Shown here one piece after another: positions 29,118 to 36,273 of a stretch of 64,000 bases of DNA (positions within the stretch are counted from its first letter, which is position 1; each line of letters starts with the position of its first letter). The position numbers and the translations under genes are program-made. The notes beneath the pieces were generated by a model. It was not told the origin of the DNA. It did no database searches and saw only the letters and a program-made list of their open reading frames with translations. Source of the DNA: Clostridia bacterium (GTDB taxonomy: Bacteria; Bacillota; Clostridia; Oscillospirales; QAKW01); contig JAFSHF010000023.1 of the NCBI GenBank assembly GCA_017440465.1, forward strand, positions 33,515-97,514. Reading direction: 5' to 3'.

Positions 29118-30281
29118 TTAATTCTCCAAATTAAATGTATCCATAACAAAGTAATCGATGTTTCCGATGATCAATACCTTGTCGATTTCATTTTTTTCGA
29201 TATATGCAGAAAAATCAAAGGGTTGCCCGTTAAAATGCTCATAGTTTCGAAGATCCACCGCATAGGTGTTGTTGTAGTGGGTCGCCAAAAGCTTGATGAC
29301 CGCATTGTCAAAAGAATCACCGATCAAAAGGATATTCTCCTTTTCACTCTTTCCGGTGCTTATCGCCACCTCGCCGTTGTCGGCTCCGTAGAATCCGCCA
29401 TAGGAAAGCGCATCGAAGTAGCCATCGGTATAAAAGACATCTTCTTGCCCGTAATCGACGACCGGCGCACCGTCGATTTTCACATTCATCGCGGGGAAAT
29501 CAAATTTATATGCGATAAATTCTTCGTTGAGATTTGTTGCCCCCACCGTGGCGGCTTTGGCACCGGAAAAATAGCCGATAGATACTTCATCGAGAGGCTG
29601 TAAGGGTGCTTCCAAAACAGAAAGAAAATGCAAAAGGTCGGCATATGCGGCATAGGAGCCTTTATTATTCCAGTGATGATCTGTTTTATAGAAATGCCTG
29701 CGAAAGGTATCATAGTCATTGATCTCATAGCAACCAAGGTTTGTTTTAGGAAGATCGATTTTATCGAAAAGGTATTCGCGCGCCCCGAGTTTTTTCTCGG
29801 TCTCAAAATCGATATCGGTATCTTTTTCAATATAATAGATAAAGAATTCAATATCACTGTGCTTTTTAAATGTCTTGTTTAAACTATCCGCTTTTTTATC
29901 CAAGGAGGGGGTCAGTTCCTCTAAGTTCATCGGCGGAAAAACAAGGTGCTCTTCATCGAAAAGATAAAGACTGTTGAACGGTACATAGGAGCCGTTTGTA
30001 TGGCACAGGATCGGGGAAAGAACGGAATATAAATAAGCGGATGTCGAGTTGTTATAGAGATGTTTTGCGTTTTGCGCATAAGGGATCTGGTCTGCCAAAG
30101 CAGATTCAACACTGTCTTGAAAAATATGGTTATTAATGCTATCTAAAGTGGGAGTTTTGATTTTTTCGGCATATCGGTTTTCGTATTCGTTGATGTCCGT
30201 AGGGAAGAAAAGTGTGCGGCCCAAGCTGAAAAGCATCACCAAAAGAAGGATGAAAATAAAAGAATATCTTATAAATTTCAT
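29118..30281 (-). CDS. DHHW-motif protein (AlgJ/AlgX/PatB-like extracytoplasmic partner of MBOAT)
   Basis: ORF trimmed to the ATG at 30281 (MKFIRYSF..., signal-anchor helix). Literal DHHW motif in FYKTDHHWNNKGSY. Its stop lies 2 nt before the MBOAT start. Confidence 0.7.
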   Translation of the reverse strand: MKFIRYSFIFILLLVMLFSLGRTLFFPTDINEYENRYAEKIKTPTLDSINNHIFQDSVESALADQIPYAQNAKHLYNNSTSAYLYSVLSPILCHTNGSYVPFNSLYLFDEEHLVFPPMNLEELTPSLDKKADSLNKTFKKHSDIEFFIYYIEKDTDIDFETEKKLGAREYLFDKIDLPKTNLGCYEINDYDTFRRHFYKTDHHWNNKGSYAAYADLLHFLSVLEAPLQPLDEVSIGYFSGAKAATVGATNLNEEFIAYKFDFPAMNVKIDGAPVVDYGQEDVFYTDGYFDALSYGGFYGADNGEVAISTGKSEKENILLIGDSFDNAVIKLLATHYNNTYAVDLRNYEHFNGQPFDFSAYIEKNEIDKVLIIGNIDYFVMDTFNLEN

Positions 30282-30296
30282 TGTGTAGCCCCTAAA

Positions 30297-30327
30297 AATA
30301 AAAAAGTGCGCTCCCGAAGGAGCGCAC
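30297..30327 (-). terminator. Intrinsic terminator inside the DHHW-MBOAT leader
   Basis: On the - strand: GTGCGCTCC-TTCG-GGAGCGCAC followed by TTTTTTATTTTT. The T-run ends 15 nt before the DHHW start codon. Confidence 0.75.
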
Positions 30328-30460
30328 CGAAAAAGTGAATTCCCTCCGTTGCTGCTACACAATTACACGCCCACTCGTGGCATAGTAAAAAGAGAGAAAA
30401 CACTTTTTGCCAAAGTATTTTCCCACAAGTGAGCAGTATATGTAATTGTGTAGCGTAACA

Positions 30461-30490
30461 ATCATAGCATAGGATAAAGGGAATTGTCAA
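30461..30490 (-). promoter_or_regulatory. Promoter driving the structured leader/sRNA upstream of the DHHW gene
   Basis: On the - strand: TTGACA, 18 nt, TATGAT, with a TGc extended -10. It lies between the permease terminator and the structured region. Confidence 0.5.
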
Positions 30491-30507
30491 GGTGGTATTA
30501 TAGGACA

Positions 30508-30543
30508 TAAAAATAGCGTTCGGTTTCCCGAACGCTATTTTTA
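30508..30543 (-). terminator. Terminator of the amino-acid permease gene
   Basis: 15-bp stem AAAAATAGCGTTCGG-TTTC-CCGAACGCTATTTTT. Confidence 0.8.
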
Positions 30544-30584
30544 TAAAATTACTTGTCTTCAATTCATCTTTTGAAACAGAGCGT

Positions 30585-31979
30585 TTATTTGTTTGCTTTC
30601 TTCGGTTTTCTGAGGAGGGCGCCGATGGCCATAATAACCGCAAAAAGAATGATATAGAACAAAACAGGGAAGGAGAACGCGCCGTTTGCTTTTGCCTGGA
30701 GGAAGGGAGTGATGCCGTGGGCATAGACCGCGGCAAAGACCATAAACAGGCAAGAAAGGATTGCAAGGGACGGGATGAGAAAACGCTTTGCAAAACCGAA
30801 TTCTTTTTCCTTGATCATCCAATTAATAAAGATGGGGATATAAAAAGCGTAGATGGTGATGATGGGAAGTTCGGAAGAATCGAAATTGAAATATCCAAAC
30901 CAACCGCCTTCGGTCAGGTTTGCACCGTAGAAGTAGATCAGCCAAGCGGCACATACCAAAAGTCCCCAAATGGAGGAGTTGGTCACCATATTGGTGTTTT
31001 TATCGATCTGCTTAAACATCTCTTGCTTGGGGCCTTCGTTGCGGCAGGCGATGGCATACATTCCGCGTGTGGCCGCAACCATAAGTCCGTTAAGCGTTCC
31101 AAGGCAGGAGACAACAATGCAGATGTTTAAGATCGTCCCGCCGACACCGCCGAAAATGTTGGTAAATGCGGTGGTTGCACCTTCGTTGATCAAGACTTCG
31201 TTGGTGGCACCGCCCGCAACGCCGATATAGTATAAAACATAAGCCACAACAACGATCAGCGAGCCGAAGATCAAAGCCAACGGCAAGTTTCTCTTGGCGT
31301 TATTAAGCTCGGCATTGATGGAGGTGGCAACGATCCAGCCCTCATAAGCAAAAACCGTAGCAACGATTGCGGCAAAAAGACCGCCGCTTGTACCGCCGAC
31401 CGCCTCGGAAACAACGGTGGTGAAGTTGGCGGTCAAGGTCCCGTTGAAAAGACCGACCAAGGTTCCCACAATCGCCATAAGAAAGATGGGGATCAATTTG
31501 ATAATGGTGGCACTTACCTGGAATTTACCGGCAAGCTTGGGCGAAAGTGCGTTCATAGAATAGGATAAGATCAGGAAGAACCCTGCCAGAGCCAAAACTT
31601 CGGGCCCTACCATGCTCCAGCCGAAAAGAACGCCGAAGTATCTCGCCGAAACCCAGGCGAGAACCGAAGTCATACCGGGATAATAGATATGTACGAGGAA
31701 CCACGCCAAATGGTAAGCATATGCATTTCCGCAAGTGGCTTCGGCATAGTCGACAACGCCGCTGACCTTTTCGTACTTGGTTGCCATCATAGCAAACTGC
31801 AACGAGCAAATGATCATCAGAAATCCGGTGATGATCCAAGCCAAAATGCCCAGCGGCATATTTCCGCCGGTTGCAGTCAGAACGTTCTGCGCTTTAAAGA
31901 ATACGCCGGAACCGATGACGGTACCCACGACCATGCAGATGGCGGTCGGTAAACCGTATCTTTTTTGTAATTTTTCCAT
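30585..31979 (-). CDS. APC-superfamily amino-acid permease
   Basis: ORF trimmed to the ATG at 31979 behind AGGAG (MEKLQKRYGLPTAICMVVGTVIGSGVFFK). About 12 TM segments. Confidence 0.8.
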   Translation of the reverse strand: MEKLQKRYGLPTAICMVVGTVIGSGVFFKAQNVLTATGGNMPLGILAWIITGFLMIICSLQFAMMATKYEKVSGVVDYAEATCGNAYAYHLAWFLVHIYYPGMTSVLAWVSARYFGVLFGWSMVGPEVLALAGFFLILSYSMNALSPKLAGKFQVSATIIKLIPIFLMAIVGTLVGLFNGTLTANFTTVVSEAVGGTSGGLFAAIVATVFAYEGWIVATSINAELNNAKRNLPLALIFGSLIVVVAYVLYYIGVAGGATNEVLINEGATTAFTNIFGGVGGTILNICIVVSCLGTLNGLMVAATRGMYAIACRNEGPKQEMFKQIDKNTNMVTNSSIWGLLVCAAWLIYFYGANLTEGGWFGYFNFDSSELPIITIYAFYIPIFINWMIKEKEFGFAKRFLIPSLAILSCLFMVFAAVYAHGITPFLQAKANGAFSFPVLFYIILFAVIMAIGALLRKPKKANK

Positions 31980-32012
31980 AGTTTCCACTCCTATATTTTT
32001 TTGATATATAGT

Positions 32013-32041
32013 ATCATAACAAATAAATTTGAATTTGTCAA
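32013..32041 (-). promoter_or_regulatory. Promoter of the permease gene
   Basis: On the - strand: TTGACA, 17 nt, TATGAT, with a TGt extended -10. Confidence 0.6.
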
Positions 32042-32160
32042 AATAATATGAAAAAATTTTTTCATAAGGGGGATACTCTGCGCTGTTTGCTTTTTCGACC
32101 ACTCCGCGGCTTGGCGGCTGCTTCAACGAACCCAGACGGGTTCGATCCCCGATCGACGCC

Positions 32161-32191
32161 AAAGAAAAAGGCACCCTCGAAAGGGTGCCTT
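32161..32191 (-). terminator. Intrinsic terminator (- strand) in the tRNA-Ser(GGA)/permease spacer
   Basis: AAGGCACCCT-TTCG-AGGGTGCCTT followed by TTTTTCTTT on the - strand. Confidence 0.6.
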
Positions 32192-32435
32192 CTTCTTTGG
32201 AAAGGGTGCACAAATTCAAACTCTTTTGATTTTTTGACCTATGTGTTCGAACCACTACATATTATTTATAATTCGTCGGCAAAGCCGACACCGAAATTAT
32301 TCATTATTCATCAGCGTAAGCGACTTCATTATTCATTACGAAAATCCGTTTTAATGAATGATGAATATTGAATAATGAAAAATGAATAATACAAAACAAA
32401 AATCCCACCGACAAAAGTCGACAGGATTTTCGTTT

Positions 32436-32527
32436 TGGCGGAGAGAGGGGGATTCGAACCCCCGAACGGGTTTAAGCCGTTACACGATTTCCAATCGTGC
32501 GCCTTCGACCAGCTCAGCCATCTCTCC
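32436..32527 (-). tRNA. tRNA-Ser (anticodon GGA)
   Basis: Reverse complement GGAGAGATGGCTGAGCTGGTCGAAGGCGCACGATTGGAAATCGTGT...GGTTCGAATCCCCCTCTCTCCGCCA. Anticodon loop TT-GGA-AA, long variable arm, encoded CCA. Confidence 0.9.
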
Positions 32528-32540
32528 AAACTGCTTGAAT

Positions 32541-32569
32541 AGTATATAATAAAAAGAATCAAAAGTCAA
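32541..32569 (-). promoter_or_regulatory. Promoter of tRNA-Ser(GGA)
   Basis: On the - strand: TTGACT, 17 nt, TATACT. Confidence 0.55.
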
Positions 32570-32586
32570 GCAATTTTTTAAAGAAT

Positions 32587-33225
32587 TTAGCGAATTTCCG
32601 AACCGTCCTTTTTATAGAACGCCAAACGGCGGACCCGCTTGATCTTGGCGGGGATTTCCGCATTGTTTAAGCCCTCGGCAAGATAGTTGGGGCTTAAAGA
32701 GCCTTCGTTGCCCGCCGCCAACGTCGCCCAAAGCACGACCTTGCCGCACTCGCCCTCGGCGGCGCGGATGGAACGAATGAAATCCGAAAGCAATACTTCT
32801 TTTTCGGTGCGCTTGGTCTTTTTCAAAACCGTCAGCGGGGTTTGGAACGCTTGCTCGATCTCTGCGGCAGAGCGATCGGTTTCTATTTCAATTTTATAGG
32901 AAGCAAAGGCAATTTCTTTAAAATGATCCTGCGGCTCATAGATCTCCAGGATCTTTAAAGAGTCGGGAAACGCATCGATCAGCATTTGGGGATCAAGTTC
33001 CGCCCCTTCCAACAAGCGAAAATCAAACAGCTCCCCCTCACTTTCAAACCCCAAGGATAGGGATTGGGCAAACACACAATAGGGATGGGGGCTGAACCCG
33101 CCCTTGCTCCAATAGGGGATGCCGCTGCGGCGCAACGCCCGCAGAACCACGCGGTTGAGATCTAAATGGGAAAAATAGACAGCACTGCCTTCTTTGCAAA
33201 AACGCACCCGCATATCTTTAAACAT
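32587..33225 (-). CDS. TIGR03936-family radical-SAM-associated protein (DUF2344)
   Basis: 212 aa. N-terminus FCKEGSAVYFSHLDLNRVVLRALRR. 8-nt overlap with the upstream radical SAM gene. Confidence 0.7.
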   Translation of the reverse strand: MFKDMRVRFCKEGSAVYFSHLDLNRVVLRALRRSGIPYWSKGGFSPHPYCVFAQSLSLGFESEGELFDFRLLEGAELDPQMLIDAFPDSLKILEIYEPQDHFKEIAFASYKIEIETDRSAAEIEQAFQTPLTVLKKTKRTEKEVLLSDFIRSIRAAEGECGKVVLWATLAAGNEGSLSPNYLAEGLNNAEIPAKIKRVRRLAFYKKDGSEIR

Positions 33226-35065
33226 CGCATTTCCCTCCCATCATTTTGTTTGCACCGCAACCGTTGCATTGCTCGGCGCAGTTGGGGGTGGTTTGGGCCT
33301 CATAACTGCGCTTGGCTTCGCGGATCAGATAATCCTTGGAAACACCGATGTCGATGAAATCCCAGGGTAAAAGTTCATCAAAATCCCGCTTACGCAGAGA
33401 ATAAAAGTTGCCGTCTACCCCGCAGGCATCCATCGCGTCGATCCAGCGATCGTAACTGAAATGCTCGCTCCAAGCATCGAGTTTTCCGCCCATCGCGGCA
33501 ACCTGCTCCAAAACCGGCGCCAAGCGGCGGTCGCCCCGCGCCAAGATGGCCTCGATCATCGAAGTGCGGCAATCGTGGCAGTTGACAGTGATCTGCTTGG
33601 AACGCACCTTTTCCCAAAGATACTGCTGTTTGCGGGTGGTCTCCTCGCGGCTGTCCTGCGCCTCCCATTGGAAGGGGGTAAAGGGCTTGGGGATAAAGGT
33701 GGCAACGCTGGCGGTGATCTTTATAAAGCGGTTACGTTTTTCTTTATCGGTATCGTAAAAGTAGCCGATGATCTTATCCGCCAAAGAGCGGATGGCATCC
33801 AAGTCCGCATCCGTCTCGGTGGGAAGCCCCATCATAAAATAAAGCTTGACCGAGGAGTTACCGTTCTCAAAGGCGATGCGGCAACTGCGCTCAATATCCG
33901 CTTCGGTGACGTTTTTATTGATGACATCCCGCATCCGCTGGCTTCCCGCTTCGGGCGCAAATGTAAAGGTAGATTTCTTTACACCCGTGATCTTCTCCGC
34001 CAATTCCTTGGAAAAGTTATCGATCCGCAGAGAGGGCAGAGAAAGGTTGATCCCGCGGGGTTCGGTGTATTGAATGAGTTGATCTACCAGCTTTTCGATC
34101 TCAGGATAATCGCTGGAGGAAAGGGAGCAGAGGGAAAGTTCCTCATAACCGGTGGTTTCCAGCAGGGCGCAGGCATCCTTTACCAAGGTATCGGCGCTCT
34201 TGCAGCGAATGGGGCGGAAAAGCATCCCCGCCTGGCAGAAGCGGCAGCCGCGGATGCATCCGCGGAACAGCTCGATGGTTACCCGATCGTGTACCGGCTC
34301 GGTGAAGGGGATGATCTGGTCCTTGGGATAATAGACCTTGTCCAAGTCTTTGATGATCCGCTTGCGAACAACGGCGGGAACGCCATCGCGGTTGGGGGTA
34401 AAGGCGGCTAAGGTGCCGTCTTCGTTATAGGTAGCATCATAAAGGGAAGGAACATAAAACCCTTCCATTTGGGAAACTTCAAAAAGAAATTCTTCGCGGC
34501 TGATCCCGCGGTCGCGGGCATCCCGCAGTTTTTCGGTCAGTTCGGGGAGTGCTTCTTCGCCTTCGCCGATGCTGAAGATATCAAAGAAGGGTGCCAAGGG
34601 TTCGGGATTATAGGCGCAAGGCCCCCCGCCGACGACGATCTGCTCCAATCCCTTGCGGTCCTTGCTGTAAAGCGGAATGTTGCCCAGCTTCAGCATATTG
34701 AGTACAGTGGGATAGCACATTTCGTATTGCAAGGTAAAGGCAACGATATCAAATTCATCCAGCGGGGTGCGGCTCTCTAAGGTATACAGCTTGATGCCTT
34801 CCTTTTGCATCGCTTCTTCCATATCGGGCCAGGGCTGGAAGGCACGCTCGCACCATACCTTTTCCTGCTCGTTTAAAACACCGTAAAGGATCCGCATCCC
34901 CAGGTGGGACATCCCGATATCGTAAATATCGGGAAAGCAAAAAGCCACCCGAATATCCACCGCTTCGGGATCCTTCATAATTTGCCCGATCTCTCCGCCC
35001 ACATAGCGGGCGGGCTTTTGAACGCTCAGCAAAAGATCGCGCATTTGATCTAAATTATACGTCAT
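33218..35065 (-). CDS. TIGR03960-family B12-binding-domain radical SAM protein
   Basis: 615 aa with the radical-SAM cluster motif CIRGCRFCQAG. Confidence 0.8.
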   Translation of the reverse strand: MTYNLDQMRDLLLSVQKPARYVGGEIGQIMKDPEAVDIRVAFCFPDIYDIGMSHLGMRILYGVLNEQEKVWCERAFQPWPDMEEAMQKEGIKLYTLESRTPLDEFDIVAFTLQYEMCYPTVLNMLKLGNIPLYSKDRKGLEQIVVGGGPCAYNPEPLAPFFDIFSIGEGEEALPELTEKLRDARDRGISREEFLFEVSQMEGFYVPSLYDATYNEDGTLAAFTPNRDGVPAVVRKRIIKDLDKVYYPKDQIIPFTEPVHDRVTIELFRGCIRGCRFCQAGMLFRPIRCKSADTLVKDACALLETTGYEELSLCSLSSSDYPEIEKLVDQLIQYTEPRGINLSLPSLRIDNFSKELAEKITGVKKSTFTFAPEAGSQRMRDVINKNVTEADIERSCRIAFENGNSSVKLYFMMGLPTETDADLDAIRSLADKIIGYFYDTDKEKRNRFIKITASVATFIPKPFTPFQWEAQDSREETTRKQQYLWEKVRSKQITVNCHDCRTSMIEAILARGDRRLAPVLEQVAAMGGKLDAWSEHFSYDRWIDAMDACGVDGNFYSLRKRDFDELLPWDFIDIGVSKDYLIREAKRSYEAQTTPNCAEQCNGCGANKMMGGKCDV

Positions 35066-35615
35066 TTCCGTTCTCCTTTAAAAGTCCTAACAGATAAAAG
35101 CAAATAAACAGCAAAGAAATATTATACCCGCTTGCCAAAAACTGCCAAAAAGCCAAGCCAAGCAGGGGCAAAATAAAGAGTAGCCCGATTCCTTGCAGAA
35201 TCGGTTGTTGCAGATGGAGCGGCAGAGTCTCGGTCAGAATTGCCCGCAGCATCCGCCCGCCGTCCAAAGGGTAGATGGGAAGTAGGTTCATTAATCCCAA
35301 GGCTAAATTGGTGTATAAAAATTGCCATTGCCGAAAGGCGGCAAAAAGCATCGCCAAAGCAATGCTGGTCAAGGGCCCTGCAAAGGCCGCCCAAAATTCC
35401 GCGCGGTAGGAAAGGGCGCGGGTGCCGATCCCAAAGCCTTGTCCGCCGCCTTGAAAACTGCGGATGCCGCCGCCCAACCACCGAATCGCCAAAAGATGCC
35501 CGCCTTCGTGGATCAGCGAAAAAAGCAAGACCCAAAGCGGCATAAAGGACCCCTCGATCACCATATAGGCAAAAAGCAAAAGTAATAAGAAAGGGGAGAT
35601 CTGCGGCTTATTCAT
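35055..35615 (-). CDS. M50-family (site-2 protease-like) membrane metalloprotease
   Basis: 186 aa with an HEGGH zinc motif in a TM helix and a downstream LLPIYPLDGG motif. Confidence 0.7.
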   Translation of the reverse strand: MNKPQISPFLLLLLFAYMVIEGSFMPLWVLLFSLIHEGGHLLAIRWLGGGIRSFQGGGQGFGIGTRALSYRAEFWAAFAGPLTSIALAMLFAAFRQWQFLYTNLALGLMNLLPIYPLDGGRMLRAILTETLPLHLQQPILQGIGLLFILPLLGLAFWQFLASGYNISLLFICFYLLGLLKENGNDV

Positions 35616-35910
35616 TTTGCTCCTTCAGCGCATCGTCCACAATGGATTGAACATCCACCGTATCTTCGCCCTGAAAGGCATCCGCCAGATCCTGCTGCCA
35701 TGCCTCCACCGCCGTTTTGAGCTCCGAAAAGCCTAAATGCTTTTTCAGCCAGGCAGGCTCGGCGGTGGCAAGATAAAAGATCCCCGCCGCCAAAAAGAGC
35801 AGGATGATCAAAAATGTAATAAACTTCGAGCCCTTTTCTTTCCGTTGCTGATGGGCTTGTTGCTCACCTCTGCGCATCTCCCGCAGAGAGTCTCTGGTAT
35901 ATTCTTCCAT
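35608..35910 (-). CDS. Hypothetical single-pass membrane protein
   Basis: 100 aa with AAGGAG upstream, one TM helix, and an 8-nt overlap with the M50 gene. Confidence 0.5.
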   Translation of the reverse strand: MEEYTRDSLREMRRGEQQAHQQRKEKGSKFITFLIILLFLAAGIFYLATAEPAWLKKHLGFSELKTAVEAWQQDLADAFQGEDTVDVQSIVDDALKEQNE

Positions 35911-36010
35911 TTTATCAACTCCTTTTTAAAAGAGTATGATAAAAGGATAAGCATTAGAATAAGAACTCTTCGAAAAATTATATAAAAATTTCCCTAAAAT
36001 GTCAATCAAC

Positions 36011-36039
36011 TTGACATTTTCGTTTCGTTTTAATATTAT
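36011..36039 (+). promoter_or_regulatory. Promoter of tRNA-Arg
   Basis: TTGACA, 17 nt, TATTAT. The -35 lies within the palindrome ATGTCAA-TCAAC-TTGACAT. Confidence 0.6.
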
Positions 36040-36051
36040 AATAAGGTCCAT

Positions 36052-36126
36052 GCCCTCATAGTTAAATGGATATAATAAGCCCCTCCTAAGGGCTGGTTGT
36101 AGGTTCGATTCCTACTGGGGGTGCCA
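36052..36126 (+). tRNA. tRNA-Arg (anticodon CCU)
   Basis: GCCCTCATAGTTAAATGGATATAATAAGCCCCTCCTAAGGGCTGGTTGTAGGTTCGATTCCTACTGGGGGTGCCA. Anticodon loop CT-CCT-AA, a canonical T-arm, an acceptor stem with two G-U pairs, and an encoded CCA. Confidence 0.85.
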
Positions 36127-36133
36127 AATAAAG

Positions 36134-36164
36134 CCCGCTCACCAAAAGAGAGCGGGATTTATTT
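36134..36164 (+). terminator. Terminator after tRNA-Arg (core of a longer hairpin)
   Basis: CCCGCTC-ACCAAAAGA-GAGCGGG followed by ATTTATTT. Confidence 0.6.
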
Positions 36165-36212
36165 GGCACCGTTTCCTACGCAAAGGTGTGCCCTTTTTAT
36201 ATGATCCGCATC

Positions 36213-36241
36213 TTGCAATTTATATTAAAATATAGTATAAT
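36213..36241 (+). promoter_or_regulatory. Promoter of the lepB-rbgA-rnhB-yraN cluster
   Basis: TTGCAA, 17 nt, TATAAT. Confidence 0.55.
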
Positions 36242-36273
36242 GATTTGAAATCTATTTTAAAGGAAGAACTCCA

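Noticed and set aside
32128-32160. tRNA-like 3' fragment (CGGG-TTCGATC-CCCG ... GACGCCA) on the + strand
   Set aside because: I could not find a matching 5' acceptor strand, D-arm or anticodon arm upstream. It is at best a remnant and is not called as a tRNA or pseudogene.
31980-32255. 92-codon N-terminal extension of the permease ORF in the track
   Set aside because: The extension runs through a consensus promoter, a palindrome and a terminator. The ATG at 31979 has an AGGAG RBS and begins the conserved permease N-terminus.
32400-32600. tRNA genes as integration sites for a genomic island or prophage
   Set aside because: There is no integrase, recombinase, transposase or phage gene anywhere in the window. 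I also found no direct repeat of a tRNA 3' end flanking the AT-rich envelope module.
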